Assembly (NCBI GenBank): GCA_035758565.1
Contig: DASTXL010000001.1
Location: forward strand, 11,242-75,241
Direction: 5' to 3'
From: Candidatus Saccharimonadales bacterium
GTDB taxonomy: Bacteria; Patescibacteriota; Saccharimonadia; Saccharimonadales; UBA10212
Length of the DNA: 64,000 bases
The notes under the pieces were generated by a model that worked only from the letters and a program-made list of their open reading frames with translations, made no database searches and was not told the DNA's origin. The position numbers were made by a program, and so were the translations under genes. Positions 33,994-40,516 of the stretch are shown piece after piece (the first letter of the stretch is position 1; every line of letters begins with the position of its first letter).

Positions 33994-34298
33994 TGAAAAG
34001 CAAATCGCAATCAGGCTCCATAGTAGAACTGGTTTTGGTGGTAGTTGTTCTTGCGGTAATTGCCGGTGCGGGTTATCTTGTCTGGCACAAACACAACCAA
34101 AACAAGCCATCTACCACAGCTACAGCAGCTACTTCGTCTTCTGCTAGCGACCAGTCTGCGGCGGTGACTACCCCAACTGCGCCGCAGGTTAATAACGCAT
34201 CGGATCTACAGAGTGCTATGCAGGCGCTCGATCAGACAGATATAACAGCAGGCAACTCAGACAGCTCACAGCTTTCTAGCCAATCCAGCGGTTTCTAA
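33993..34298 (+). CDS. Small membrane-anchored Ser/Thr/Ala-rich protein (possible pilin-like N-terminus)
   Basis: ATAATG overlap with the upstream stop. N-terminus KSQSGSIVELVLVVVVLAVIAGAG resembles a class III (prepilin) signal, but the Glu spacing is off by one. Confidence 0.45.
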   Translation: MKSKSQSGSIVELVLVVVVLAVIAGAGYLVWHKHNQNKPSTTATAATSSSASDQSAAVTTPTAPQVNNASDLQSAMQALDQTDITAGNSDSSQLSSQSSGF

Positions 34299-34339
34299 AG
34301 ATATTCGCGGCTACGAACAATTCGCAGTATGATTAGCTC

Positions 34340-34840
34340 ATGAGCGAGCGGTTAGTTTTGCAACCACCAGAAATAATCAAGGTTGAGGGTTTGCTAATTT
34401 TCTTGGCCGGCCCAATCCAGGGCGCATCTAACTGGCAACCTGTAGCCGCTGGCAAAATTCACGGTATAGACCCGAGCATAGCAGTGGCCTCGCCGCGCCG
34501 AGATTATCCAGAGGGTACTTTTGTATACGAAAAACAAGTCGATTGGGAAACATACTATTTGCGCCGGGCAGGCCGCCTCGGCGTGGTATCTTTTTGGCTA
34601 GCCGCCCAGGCAGAAGAAACACCAGGCCGGGCTTACGCTCAAACCACACGCTTCGAGCTTGCCGAGTGGAAGATGAAGCACGAGCACGAGGGCGCCAAAA
34701 TCACCATCGGCATAGAAGAAGGTTTTGGCAATGCGCGCTACATCCGCCGCCGGTTCGAGCAGGATTGCCCAGAGGTTAAGATAGCCGACACACTCGAAGA
34801 AATGTGTCAAAACGCGGTTGATTTGGCTCAGGCTGCTTAG
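34340..34840 (+). CDS. Nucleoside 2-deoxyribosyltransferase-like protein
   Basis: LLIFLAGPIQGASNWQ ... TRFELAEW is reminiscent of Nuc_deoxyri_tr2-type proteins. Weak call. Confidence 0.4.
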   Translation: MSERLVLQPPEIIKVEGLLIFLAGPIQGASNWQPVAAGKIHGIDPSIAVASPRRDYPEGTFVYEKQVDWETYYLRRAGRLGVVSFWLAAQAEETPGRAYAQTTRFELAEWKMKHEHEGAKITIGIEEGFGNARYIRRRFEQDCPEVKIADTLEEMCQNAVDLAQAA

Positions 34841-36171
34841 TTATTGAGAACAGGCATAGGGACGGGCATAGGCTTAACGTAGTAATTCGGGCCAAAAACG
34901 GCCCTGTCGCCTGAGGTCATATTTACCGACGGCACGTTTGGCGAATAGACCGTAACAACCATGTTGTACGTATCTGGTATGCACCAATTAGGGCAGTTGC
35001 GGTGCCAGTCAAAGTTGGTCGAATCAATAGTGAGTACGCCATCTTTTACATTGGTTTTAATGGCGCCAACATTAGCGTTGTCAAAGTACTGCAGGCTCAC
35101 AGAATAGTTGTTCGCGGTCTGAAAGTTCACGCTGGCGTTCTGGCCATTCACCACTACGCTACTAAATGATTTGAGTGGTCGGACTACGGTGTGCAGATGG
35201 GCGTTGTAGCGGTCGCGCACGTTCGGCACGGTATCGGCTGCCAAAGCTCCGCCGCCAACTAGGCCGATTAGTGTTAATCCAACTAGCACACCGGTAATCC
35301 AGCCGCGAATTGGCCACTTGCGCCTAAACACCGCCATGCCAAACAGTATTATGAATATTCCCATCATGGTGCCTACAAAACCGGCCAAATAAACTAGCAA
35401 GTGCTCTTTAAGACCAACAGGGAAGAGGTTGTCGTAAACAACATTGCCGTGCACTGCTAGGTAAACTCCGCAGAATGCCAGGCCAATCAGTATCACTAGG
35501 CCCCACAGCGTAAGGCCAATGCCAATTATTTTTACGATTAGGCTAAAGATGCCGTTCACGCCGTCGCGCACGCGACTGGCGGGTTCGGCCAGGTTGCCGC
35601 TGGCCCGATGAACGGTGCCTTTGACATCGGCACGCTCCACCACTTCCTTCAGACTTTCTACGGTTATCGGTTTACCGGCCATTTGCAGTCGGTCGCTGCT
35701 AGTTTTGGCTTCCGGAACCAACAGCCACAATACGATATAAAGCAGAATACTGCCGCCCCAGGCAAAGGTGCCGATTATAAATAAGATTCTTATAAGCAAT
35801 GCGTCAACGCCAAAGTAGGCGGCTATGCCGCTAGCCACGCCCGCTACCCAGGCTTTAGATGGGTCACGGAACAAGCGCCGTTCGCTTGGTGCGTTGGCGT
35901 GGGTTTTGGCTGAACTATCGTCTTCTTTAAAATCTTTGGGGTCGCCCAGCTGTTCTTTTAGGTTCTTAACGTCGGCTGGCAAAATTACTTTGTCGCCGGT
36001 TACGCCGCGTTCGCTTAGCAGCTCGGCCAGGCGTAGCTCGACTTCGTCGGCAACGTCGTCATCGTCAACTTGCTTAGCAATGGCGTCTAGATAGGCGCGC
36101 AGTTCTTTTTGAGCAGCTATGGATATAGTGAACGCCTGTCGGCCGAGGTGTACTTTGGTTACTTCATTCAT
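34837..36171 (-). CDS. PspC-domain membrane protein
   Basis: RLFRDPSKAWVAGVASGIAAYFGVDALLIRILFII (PspC domain), several further TM helices, and a beta-rich C-terminal domain. It overlaps the padR stop. Confidence 0.8.
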   Translation of the reverse strand: MNEVTKVHLGRQAFTISIAAQKELRAYLDAIAKQVDDDDVADEVELRLAELLSERGVTGDKVILPADVKNLKEQLGDPKDFKEDDSSAKTHANAPSERRLFRDPSKAWVAGVASGIAAYFGVDALLIRILFIIGTFAWGGSILLYIVLWLLVPEAKTSSDRLQMAGKPITVESLKEVVERADVKGTVHRASGNLAEPASRVRDGVNGIFSLIVKIIGIGLTLWGLVILIGLAFCGVYLAVHGNVVYDNLFPVGLKEHLLVYLAGFVGTMMGIFIILFGMAVFRRKWPIRGWITGVLVGLTLIGLVGGGALAADTVPNVRDRYNAHLHTVVRPLKSFSSVVVNGQNASVNFQTANNYSVSLQYFDNANVGAIKTNVKDGVLTIDSTNFDWHRNCPNWCIPDTYNMVVTVYSPNVPSVNMTSGDRAVFGPNYYVKPMPVPMPVLNN

Positions 36172-36517
36172 TTTTAGAACCTTTCTCGAGAGTATTAATT
36201 GATGCGTGAAGTCGATGATAAGTAGTTTTTAAATCTGCTAATAATTTCTTGCCGTCGTCAGTCAGCCAGTAGTATTTGCGCGGTGGGCCTTGTTCGCTTT
36301 CTTGCCATTCATAGGCTAACAAATCGTCTTTAGCTAGTCTGTTAAGCAAAGGGTAGAGCGTGCCTTCTACTACAATCAGCTCGGCCGCGCGCAGGGAACG
36401 AATGATCTCGCTGGTATAGACCTTGCCGTCTTTTAATAGCAGCAGAACGCAGTAAACAAGCATGCCTTTACGCATCTGCACTTCGGACTGATCAACTAGG
36501 TTGCTACTTTCGTTCAT
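36164..36517 (-). CDS. PadR family transcriptional regulator
   Basis: LLLLKDGKVYTSEIIRSL...VEGTLYPLLNRLAKDDLL..W...PRKYYWLTDDG, a canonical PadR wHTH. Confidence 0.88.
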   Translation of the reverse strand: MNESSNLVDQSEVQMRKGMLVYCVLLLLKDGKVYTSEIIRSLRAAELIVVEGTLYPLLNRLAKDDLLAYEWQESEQGPPRKYYWLTDDGKKLLADLKTTYHRLHASINTLEKGSKNE

Positions 36518-36556
36518 ATACTACTATGCTATACAAGGTAGTATGCATTGTCAACA
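36518..36556 (-). promoter_or_regulatory. padR promoter (-35 TTGACA) with overlapping inverted repeat ATACTAC-N13-GTAGTAT (candidate PadR operator)
   Basis: The minus strand reads TTGACA (36554-36549), a -10-like TAGCAT/TATAGC, and ATG at 36517. The inverted repeat arms are at 36518-24 and 36538-44. Confidence 0.45.
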
Positions 36557-36694
36557 CAATACTAATGTTCTTTTTCAAGAGTACATTCTTGCCGGAACAA
36601 AATGGAGCAAATTAAGAATCATGAAGAAGAATTGCAAATGTCTTTAGCGCCGCTCAAAAAAGACTCACTCCAAAGTCGAGAGATGCCGCGAGCT

Positions 36695-37036
36695 TCAATT
36701 TTGGTTTTGGCGGCTGACTTCTTCGGAAATTTGTTTGATTTTTTCTAAGCGACTCTGCCAAAGCTGCGAAGCCCGGTAGAGTTCGCTGGCAGCGTTGTCT
36801 AGTTCTTTAAGCTGCACGTTGAACCTAACTTCTTTGCCTGCTTGCCTGGAAGTTACCAACCCTGCCTGCTTAAGCACGGACAAATGTTTCGCGATCGCCT
36901 GCCGGCTGATTGTCATCTGTCTCGCTAAGCCGCTGGCTGTAGCTTCGCCGCCGCTCAGCAGAGCTTCAATCAGCCTGCGGCGGCTGGGTTCAGAAATGGC
37001 GAACCATAGGTTCTCGTTGAAGGTTGAGGCTTGCAT
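36695..37036 (-). CDS. ArsR/SmtB family transcriptional regulator
   Basis: FAISEPSRRRLIEALLSGGEATASGLARQMTISRQAIAKHLSVLKQAGLV. The start is set at ATG 37036, directly after the upstream stop. Confidence 0.85.
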   Translation of the reverse strand: MQASTFNENLWFAISEPSRRRLIEALLSGGEATASGLARQMTISRQAIAKHLSVLKQAGLVTSRQAGKEVRFNVQLKELDNAASELYRASQLWQSRLEKIKQISEEVSRQNQN

Positions 37037-37037
37037 T

Positions 37038-37463
37038 TTATTCGGTTTCCGCGAGCTGCTTGATGTGCCCCGTAAAGTGGCCCCAGCCAGAAATGTGCTT
37101 GCCAAACAGGCTTTTCTTTTGCTCGTCGCTGAACAGCTGTTCGCCGTAGCCGCTTTCCGTCAAATGGAGTTTGGTGCCTTCGGCGTCTTTCGATAGCTTG
37201 AATTTGACCAAGGTTTTTTGGCCTACGCTGCGGGTTTCTTCATCTGGCGCGATCCAGGTGAAAGAGAACAGCTTTGGCTCATCAAGCTCAATAACTTCCA
37301 TTGGGCAATCCCCGAATTTGTCCCAACCAACGGTGCCTTTGCCGCCAGGCCGTAAATCAACTATGGCTCTGTCGCCGAACCATTGGGCAGGGTCGGTCAC
37401 CACCTTCCAAACAGTCTCAATCGGCGCGTTAATAGTTATTTCGCAATCAATTTTGTCGTCCAT
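37038..37463 (-). CDS. SRPBCC / AHSA1 (Activator of Hsp90 ATPase homolog 1-like) domain protein
   Basis: ITINAPIETVWKVVTDP..W. 141 aa. This is the classical ArsR-AHSA1 gene pair. Confidence 0.75.
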   Translation of the reverse strand: MDDKIDCEITINAPIETVWKVVTDPAQWFGDRAIVDLRPGGKGTVGWDKFGDCPMEVIELDEPKLFSFTWIAPDEETRSVGQKTLVKFKLSKDAEGTKLHLTESGYGEQLFSDEQKKSLFGKHISGWGHFTGHIKQLAETE

Positions 37464-37481
37464 CTTTAAATCCTTACTTTA

Positions 37482-37530
37482 TGCAACCAATTGTTGCACA
37501 TTATAATTTATATTGCAACGATTACTGCAA
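37482..37530. promoter_or_regulatory. Divergent promoter region with TGCAA/TTGCA palindromes (candidate ArsR-family operators)
   Basis: TGCAAcCAATTGtTTGCA at 37482-37498 and TTGCA-N8-TGCAA at 37513-37530. They are flanked by TATAAT boxes at 37502-07 and 37533-38. Confidence 0.4.
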
Positions 37531-37532
37531 GG

Positions 37533-37538
37533 TATAAT
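37533..37538 (+). promoter_or_regulatory. -10 box TATAAT, 6 nt upstream of ATG 37545
   Basis: TATAAT at 37533-37538 and ATG at 37545. Confidence 0.45.
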
Positions 37539-37544
37539 CAGAGC

Positions 37545-37820
37545 ATGAAGTCGAATTTTAGGTGGTTGGCAAAAATAGCTCTTATAACAATAGCGATATT
37601 GCTGGTGCCGCTGGTTGCTATGCAGTTTAGTGACTCGGTGGATTGGAGTGTTGGTGATTTTGTGGTTGCGGCTGTGCTCTTGTTTGCCACAGCGCTGGCG
37701 CTTGATTTGGTAATAGCAAAAATCCAAGATCAAAAGCGCAAAATTATGGCCGTGGGCTTGTTGGCGGCGGCATTTCTGTTTGTTTGGGCCGAACTGACTG
37801 TTGGAGTATTTGGAGACTAG
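37545..37820 (+). CDS. Small 3-TM membrane protein
   Basis: MKSNFRWLAKIALITIAILLVPLV... 91 aa from the ATG placed 6 nt after TATAAT. Confidence 0.5.
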   Translation: MKSNFRWLAKIALITIAILLVPLVAMQFSDSVDWSVGDFVVAAVLLFATALALDLVIAKIQDQKRKIMAVGLLAAAFLFVWAELTVGVFGD

Positions 37821-37896
37821 ATAATTATAAAAGCGTATCCGCTGCGAGGAGGCTCCTTGGTAGGAGCCGTCACTCGCGGCGGACTGCTCACTGCTG

Positions 37897-38610
37897 TCAC
37901 TCGTGCACAACGACCGTCGTGCCGCGAGGCAGACGGTTGATGTAGCGCGCATACGACATCGACGGGATGTGGATGCACCCATGGCTGGGGAACAGCCCGT
38001 CGTAGTGCAGGCACTGGCCGCCGTTGAAGCAGGCGGCGTAGGGCATCGGCGCGTTGTTGTACTCGCGCGATACGAAGTCCGGCCCGAACTTGGCGTAGAT
38101 GTGGAACACGCCGTCGTGGGTCGTGTACTGCACGCCATCGATGTTGCCGGCGTAGGCCACCGGTGTGCTGAGTGCCACCGTGACATTCTTGGTCACGGGG
38201 TTGAGACGCAGCACCGAGACGATGGCCGGCGACTTGCTCGCATCTACCGCCCAGCCGCTTTGGCGAGCGGCACTGATGGCCGTCTGGCTGATGTAGCTGG
38301 GCAGCCGTTCGACAGTTGCCTCGCTCCTCAGCTTGTTCCACTGGCTGCTGCCGACGACGATCCAGCCGGTGGGCCGGTAGCCCTCGGCCTTCTGCCAGCG
38401 TTGCAGGCCCGACATGGTGAGCGGGCCGAACGCGCCGTCGAACGCGCTGCCGTAGTAATCGGCGTGCACGTTCATGTGCAGGTCTTGCTGCAGCACGGTA
38501 ACGGACGAGCCGTTGCTGCCGGGCTGCAGCCTGGCGGGCGAGGCCGCTAGGGACGAGTTGGCGCAAATGGCCGCGACCAGGGTCGCAGCCGCCATAGCGA
38601 TGAGCCTCAT
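37897..38610 (-). CDS. L,D-transpeptidase (YkuD domain) with N-terminal PG_binding_1 domain; high-GC islet
   Basis: Signal peptide MRLIAMAAATLVAAICANSSLAA. PG-binding motif VTVLQQDL...DGAFGPLTMSGLQRWQ. YkuD motifs MPYAACFNGGQCLHY and SHGCIHIP. AAAGGAG SD upstream. About 67% G+C. Confidence 0.75.
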   Translation of the reverse strand: MRLIAMAAATLVAAICANSSLAASPARLQPGSNGSSVTVLQQDLHMNVHADYYGSAFDGAFGPLTMSGLQRWQKAEGYRPTGWIVVGSSQWNKLRSEATVERLPSYISQTAISAARQSGWAVDASKSPAIVSVLRLNPVTKNVTVALSTPVAYAGNIDGVQYTTHDGVFHIYAKFGPDFVSREYNNAPMPYAACFNGGQCLHYDGLFPSHGCIHIPSMSYARYINRLPRGTTVVVHE

Positions 38611-38717
38611 AGACCCCTAAACTCCTTTCCGGATCGTAATGGACCTATGACTTAGCTGTTTTACCATAAAAATTCATTGTTGGCAATAAAATAACAGATT
38701 AGGCAAGGCCGCTAGCG

Positions 38718-38723
38718 TATAAT
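38718..38723 (+). promoter_or_regulatory. -10 box TATAAT, 6 nt upstream of GTG 38730
   Basis: TATAAT at 38718-38723 and GTG at 38730. Confidence 0.45.
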
Positions 38724-38729
38724 TAAAAG

Positions 38730-39116
38730 GTGCAAGCTTACAAAAACTTCCGGCCGTTTACTGAACTCGAGGCGTGGGGATTATTCCGCTTGGCGGCGCT
38801 GGCCGAAGCGGCTGGATGGACAATTTTAATAATTGGCATTTTGTTCGAAAAATACATTGTACCGGGCAATGTAGTATCCGTACCTTTGGCCGGCAGTGTT
38901 CACGGGACTCTATTTCTTATTTATATAGCTGCCGTGGTCGTTCTTTCACCCAGCCAGGACTGGAGCCTACGCCAGACTTCAATTGCCGGCATTGCCAGTG
39001 TGCCGCCATACGGTTCGCTAGTGTTTGAGCAATGGGTCGCCCACGACCGCCGCAAATTAAACCTTAAACAATCGGTATTTTTGCTAAGCTACCGCCAGCT
39101 TGTAGACGAAAGCTAG
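38730..39116 (+). CDS. DUF3817-like integral membrane protein
   Basis: FRLAALAEAAGWTILIIGILFEKY...GSVHGTLFLIYIAAV. 128 aa, 4 TM helices. Confidence 0.6.
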   Translation: MQAYKNFRPFTELEAWGLFRLAALAEAAGWTILIIGILFEKYIVPGNVVSVPLAGSVHGTLFLIYIAAVVVLSPSQDWSLRQTSIAGIASVPPYGSLVFEQWVAHDRRKLNLKQSVFLLSYRQLVDES

Positions 39117-39122
39117 GCAATC

Positions 39123-39156
39123 AAAATTCCCGCCTAATATCTTAAGCGGGAATTTT
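39123..39156. terminator. Bidirectional rho-independent terminator
   Basis: AAAATTCCCGC ctaatatcttaa GCGGGAATTTT lies between convergent genes. The A-run and T-run are part of the stem flanks. Confidence 0.7.
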
Positions 39157-39178
39157 ACTTAACCCTCTTGCAAGAGAA

Positions 39179-39388
39179 TTAGCGGCGCCGAGTTGAAGCG
39201 CGGCGGGTGCTACTAGTGCTACGAGCAGCGTTACCGTTGCTGGCAGCTGCAGACGTGCTGCGGCCAGTGCCGGTGGTTGGAACAGTGCTAAGCACGCGAA
39301 TAGCCAATGCCAATACCAGCAAAACTACCGCCATGCCCAAAATGAATGCGCCGAGGCCGAGTGGCTGGCTCCAATCCCATACTCCCAT
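39179..39388 (-). CDS. Small single-TM protein with basic Ser/Thr/Arg-rich tail
   Basis: AGAGGGA SD lies upstream of ATG 39388 (MGVWDWSQPLGLGAFILGMAVVLLVLALAIRVL...). Confidence 0.45.
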   Translation of the reverse strand: MGVWDWSQPLGLGAFILGMAVVLLVLALAIRVLSTVPTTGTGRSTSAAASNGNAARSTSSTRRASTRRR

Positions 39389-39467
39389 GGTTTTCCCTCT
39401 ACCCACCACATTAAGTACTAATAGTTTTAAGATAGCCTGCATAGGTTAAAGTTGCAACATCTTAAGG

Positions 39468-39473
39468 TATAAT
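39468..39473 (+). promoter_or_regulatory. -10 box TATAAT upstream of tRNA-Cys, followed by a two-hairpin leader
   Basis: TATAAT at 39468-73. Hairpins CTGGTATT/AATACCAG (39477-98) and CATTGG/CCAATG (39499-517) precede the tRNA 5' end at 39526. Confidence 0.4.
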
Positions 39474-39525
39474 TGACTGGTATTGTTTTAAATACCAGCA
39501 TTGGAAACTTACCAATGCCGACCAT

Positions 39526-39599
39526 GGCGCGATGGCCGAGGAGTTAGGCAAGGGTCTGCAAAACCCTGTACACGAGTGCGAATCTCGTTCGCGCCTCCA
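39526..39599 (+). tRNA. tRNA-Cys (GCA)
   Basis: Acceptor GGCGCGA/TCGCGCC, anticodon loop CTGCAAA, discriminator U (typical for Cys), T-loop TGCGAAT, encoded CCA. Confidence 0.85.
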
Positions 39600-39605
39600 C
39601 GCAAG

Positions 39606-39715
39606 AACTAATTACGACCCCGCTCTTTTTGGCTACTTGATTGCCAAAAAGAGCGGGGTCTTGCATTGTCCTTGCTTTTCCGTTTGCTTTATCCTAAAAG
39701 CTCGCGGGTTATAAT
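39606..39715 (+). repeat. tRNA-downstream module D, copy C (perfect 18-bp hairpin and shared promoter block)
   Basis: CTAATTACGACC, then GACCCCGCTCTTTTTGGC tacttgatt GCCAAAAAGAGCGGGGTC, then CTTGCTTTTCC..., then AAGCTCGCGGGTTATAAT. That last block is identical to copy B. Confidence 0.7.
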
Positions 39716-39721
39716 TAAAAA

Positions 39722-40126
39722 ATGGTTAGGCGGTTAGCAGGTTGTATTATTACCAATGTCCATGGCCGGGTTTTGTTGATTCACCGTAACACGCCGCGTC
39801 TTTCGCAATGGGAGCTGCCAGGCGGCAAGGTTGAAGAAAACGAGTCAGCGGCACAGGCCGCTACCCGTGAAGCCTTAGAGGAAGTCAACCTTGTAGTTGA
39901 GGGTTTAGAAGAAGTTGGAGCTACCGAATTCGGAGACAACGGGTACGATTGGCACTACACTTGGTTTAGGCCTTCTCGAGTTACCGGCGATTTAAAGTTG
40001 ATGGAAAAGACATTTGATGACATTCGTTTTATAAACATTCTCTCTGGCGAAGTTGAAGATAAAGTTCTTTCTCCGAATGTCGTAGCGATTATCAAGGCAT
40101 TAAAAAACAAGCAATTCCATCTATAA
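39722..40126 (+). CDS. NUDIX hydrolase
   Basis: Nudix box GGKVEENESAAQAATREALEEVNL. ATG lies 6 nt after TATAAT (39710-15). Confidence 0.85.
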   Translation: MVRRLAGCIITNVHGRVLLIHRNTPRLSQWELPGGKVEENESAAQAATREALEEVNLVVEGLEEVGATEFGDNGYDWHYTWFRPSRVTGDLKLMEKTFDDIRFINILSGEVEDKVLSPNVVAIIKALKNKQFHL

Positions 40127-40131
40127 ATTTG

Positions 40132-40137
40132 TATAAT
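40132..40137 (+). promoter_or_regulatory. -10 box TATAAT upstream of tRNA-Leu(UAA)
   Basis: TGTATAAT ends at 40137 and the tRNA 5' end is at 40153. Confidence 0.4.
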
Positions 40138-40152
40138 GATTTATCAGGAAAC

Positions 40153-40238
40153 GGGCGAGTGGCGGAATTGGTATACGCTGCGGACTTAAAATCCGTTGCC
40201 GATAAGGCTTGAGGGTTCGAGTCCCTCCTCGCCCACCA
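40153..40238 (+). tRNA. tRNA-Leu (UAA), class II
   Basis: Acceptor GGGCGAG/CTCGCCC, anticodon loop CTTAAAA, long variable arm, T-loop TTCGAGT, encoded CCA. Confidence 0.9.
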
Positions 40239-40278
40239 AATTAAAGCCGGCTCTCTAGTCGGTTTTAATTTTATTTTT
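40239..40278 (+). terminator. Terminator hairpin after tRNA-Leu(UAA), overlapping the stop of the convergent gene
   Basis: AAATTAAAGCCG gctctctagt CGGTTTTAATTT followed by TATTTTTG. Confidence 0.55.
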
Positions 40279-40515
40279 GTTTCTTCTGCGTTCGGCGTAA
40301 GAGCTCAGACCACGCAGGGCAACAACCGCCCAAACCACGTTTATGGCAACGCTTATATAGGCCCTGTAATGAATTTGGTAAATGCCAGCCATCACTGCTC
40401 CGACTAGATTATCGAGCTCGTACCAAAATGATTTTCCGGTCCAGCGGCCGATGGATATTCTATAAAAGCCCAGCAGGATTAGCAGCGCCCCAATTAATCC
40501 AAGGACTGTATACAT
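40255..40515 (-). CDS. Small 3-TM membrane protein
   Basis: 86 aa with hydrophobic helices and a basic tail. Its start lies 1 nt from the stop of the upstream oxidase gene, which suggests coupling. Confidence 0.5.
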   Translation of the reverse strand: MYTVLGLIGALLILLGFYRISIGRWTGKSFWYELDNLVGAVMAGIYQIHYRAYISVAINVVWAVVALRGLSSYAERRRNKNKIKTD

Positions 40516-40516
40516 A

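Noticed and set aside
34428-34810. Alternative ORFs 34428..34649(-), 34543..34779(+), 34598..34810(-) inside the 34340..34840 gene
   Set aside because: They are short, overlapping and motif-free. The local G+C is somewhat raised, which inflates spurious ORFs. The 166-aa frame is the longest and the only one with any family resemblance.
37479-38566. ORFs 37817..38566(-), 37903..38550(+), 37479..38186(-)
   Set aside because: They are shadow ORFs of the high-GC L,D-transpeptidase gene: Arg-rich, low-complexity translations with no SD. Only the 37897..38610 frame shows PG-binding and YkuD motifs.
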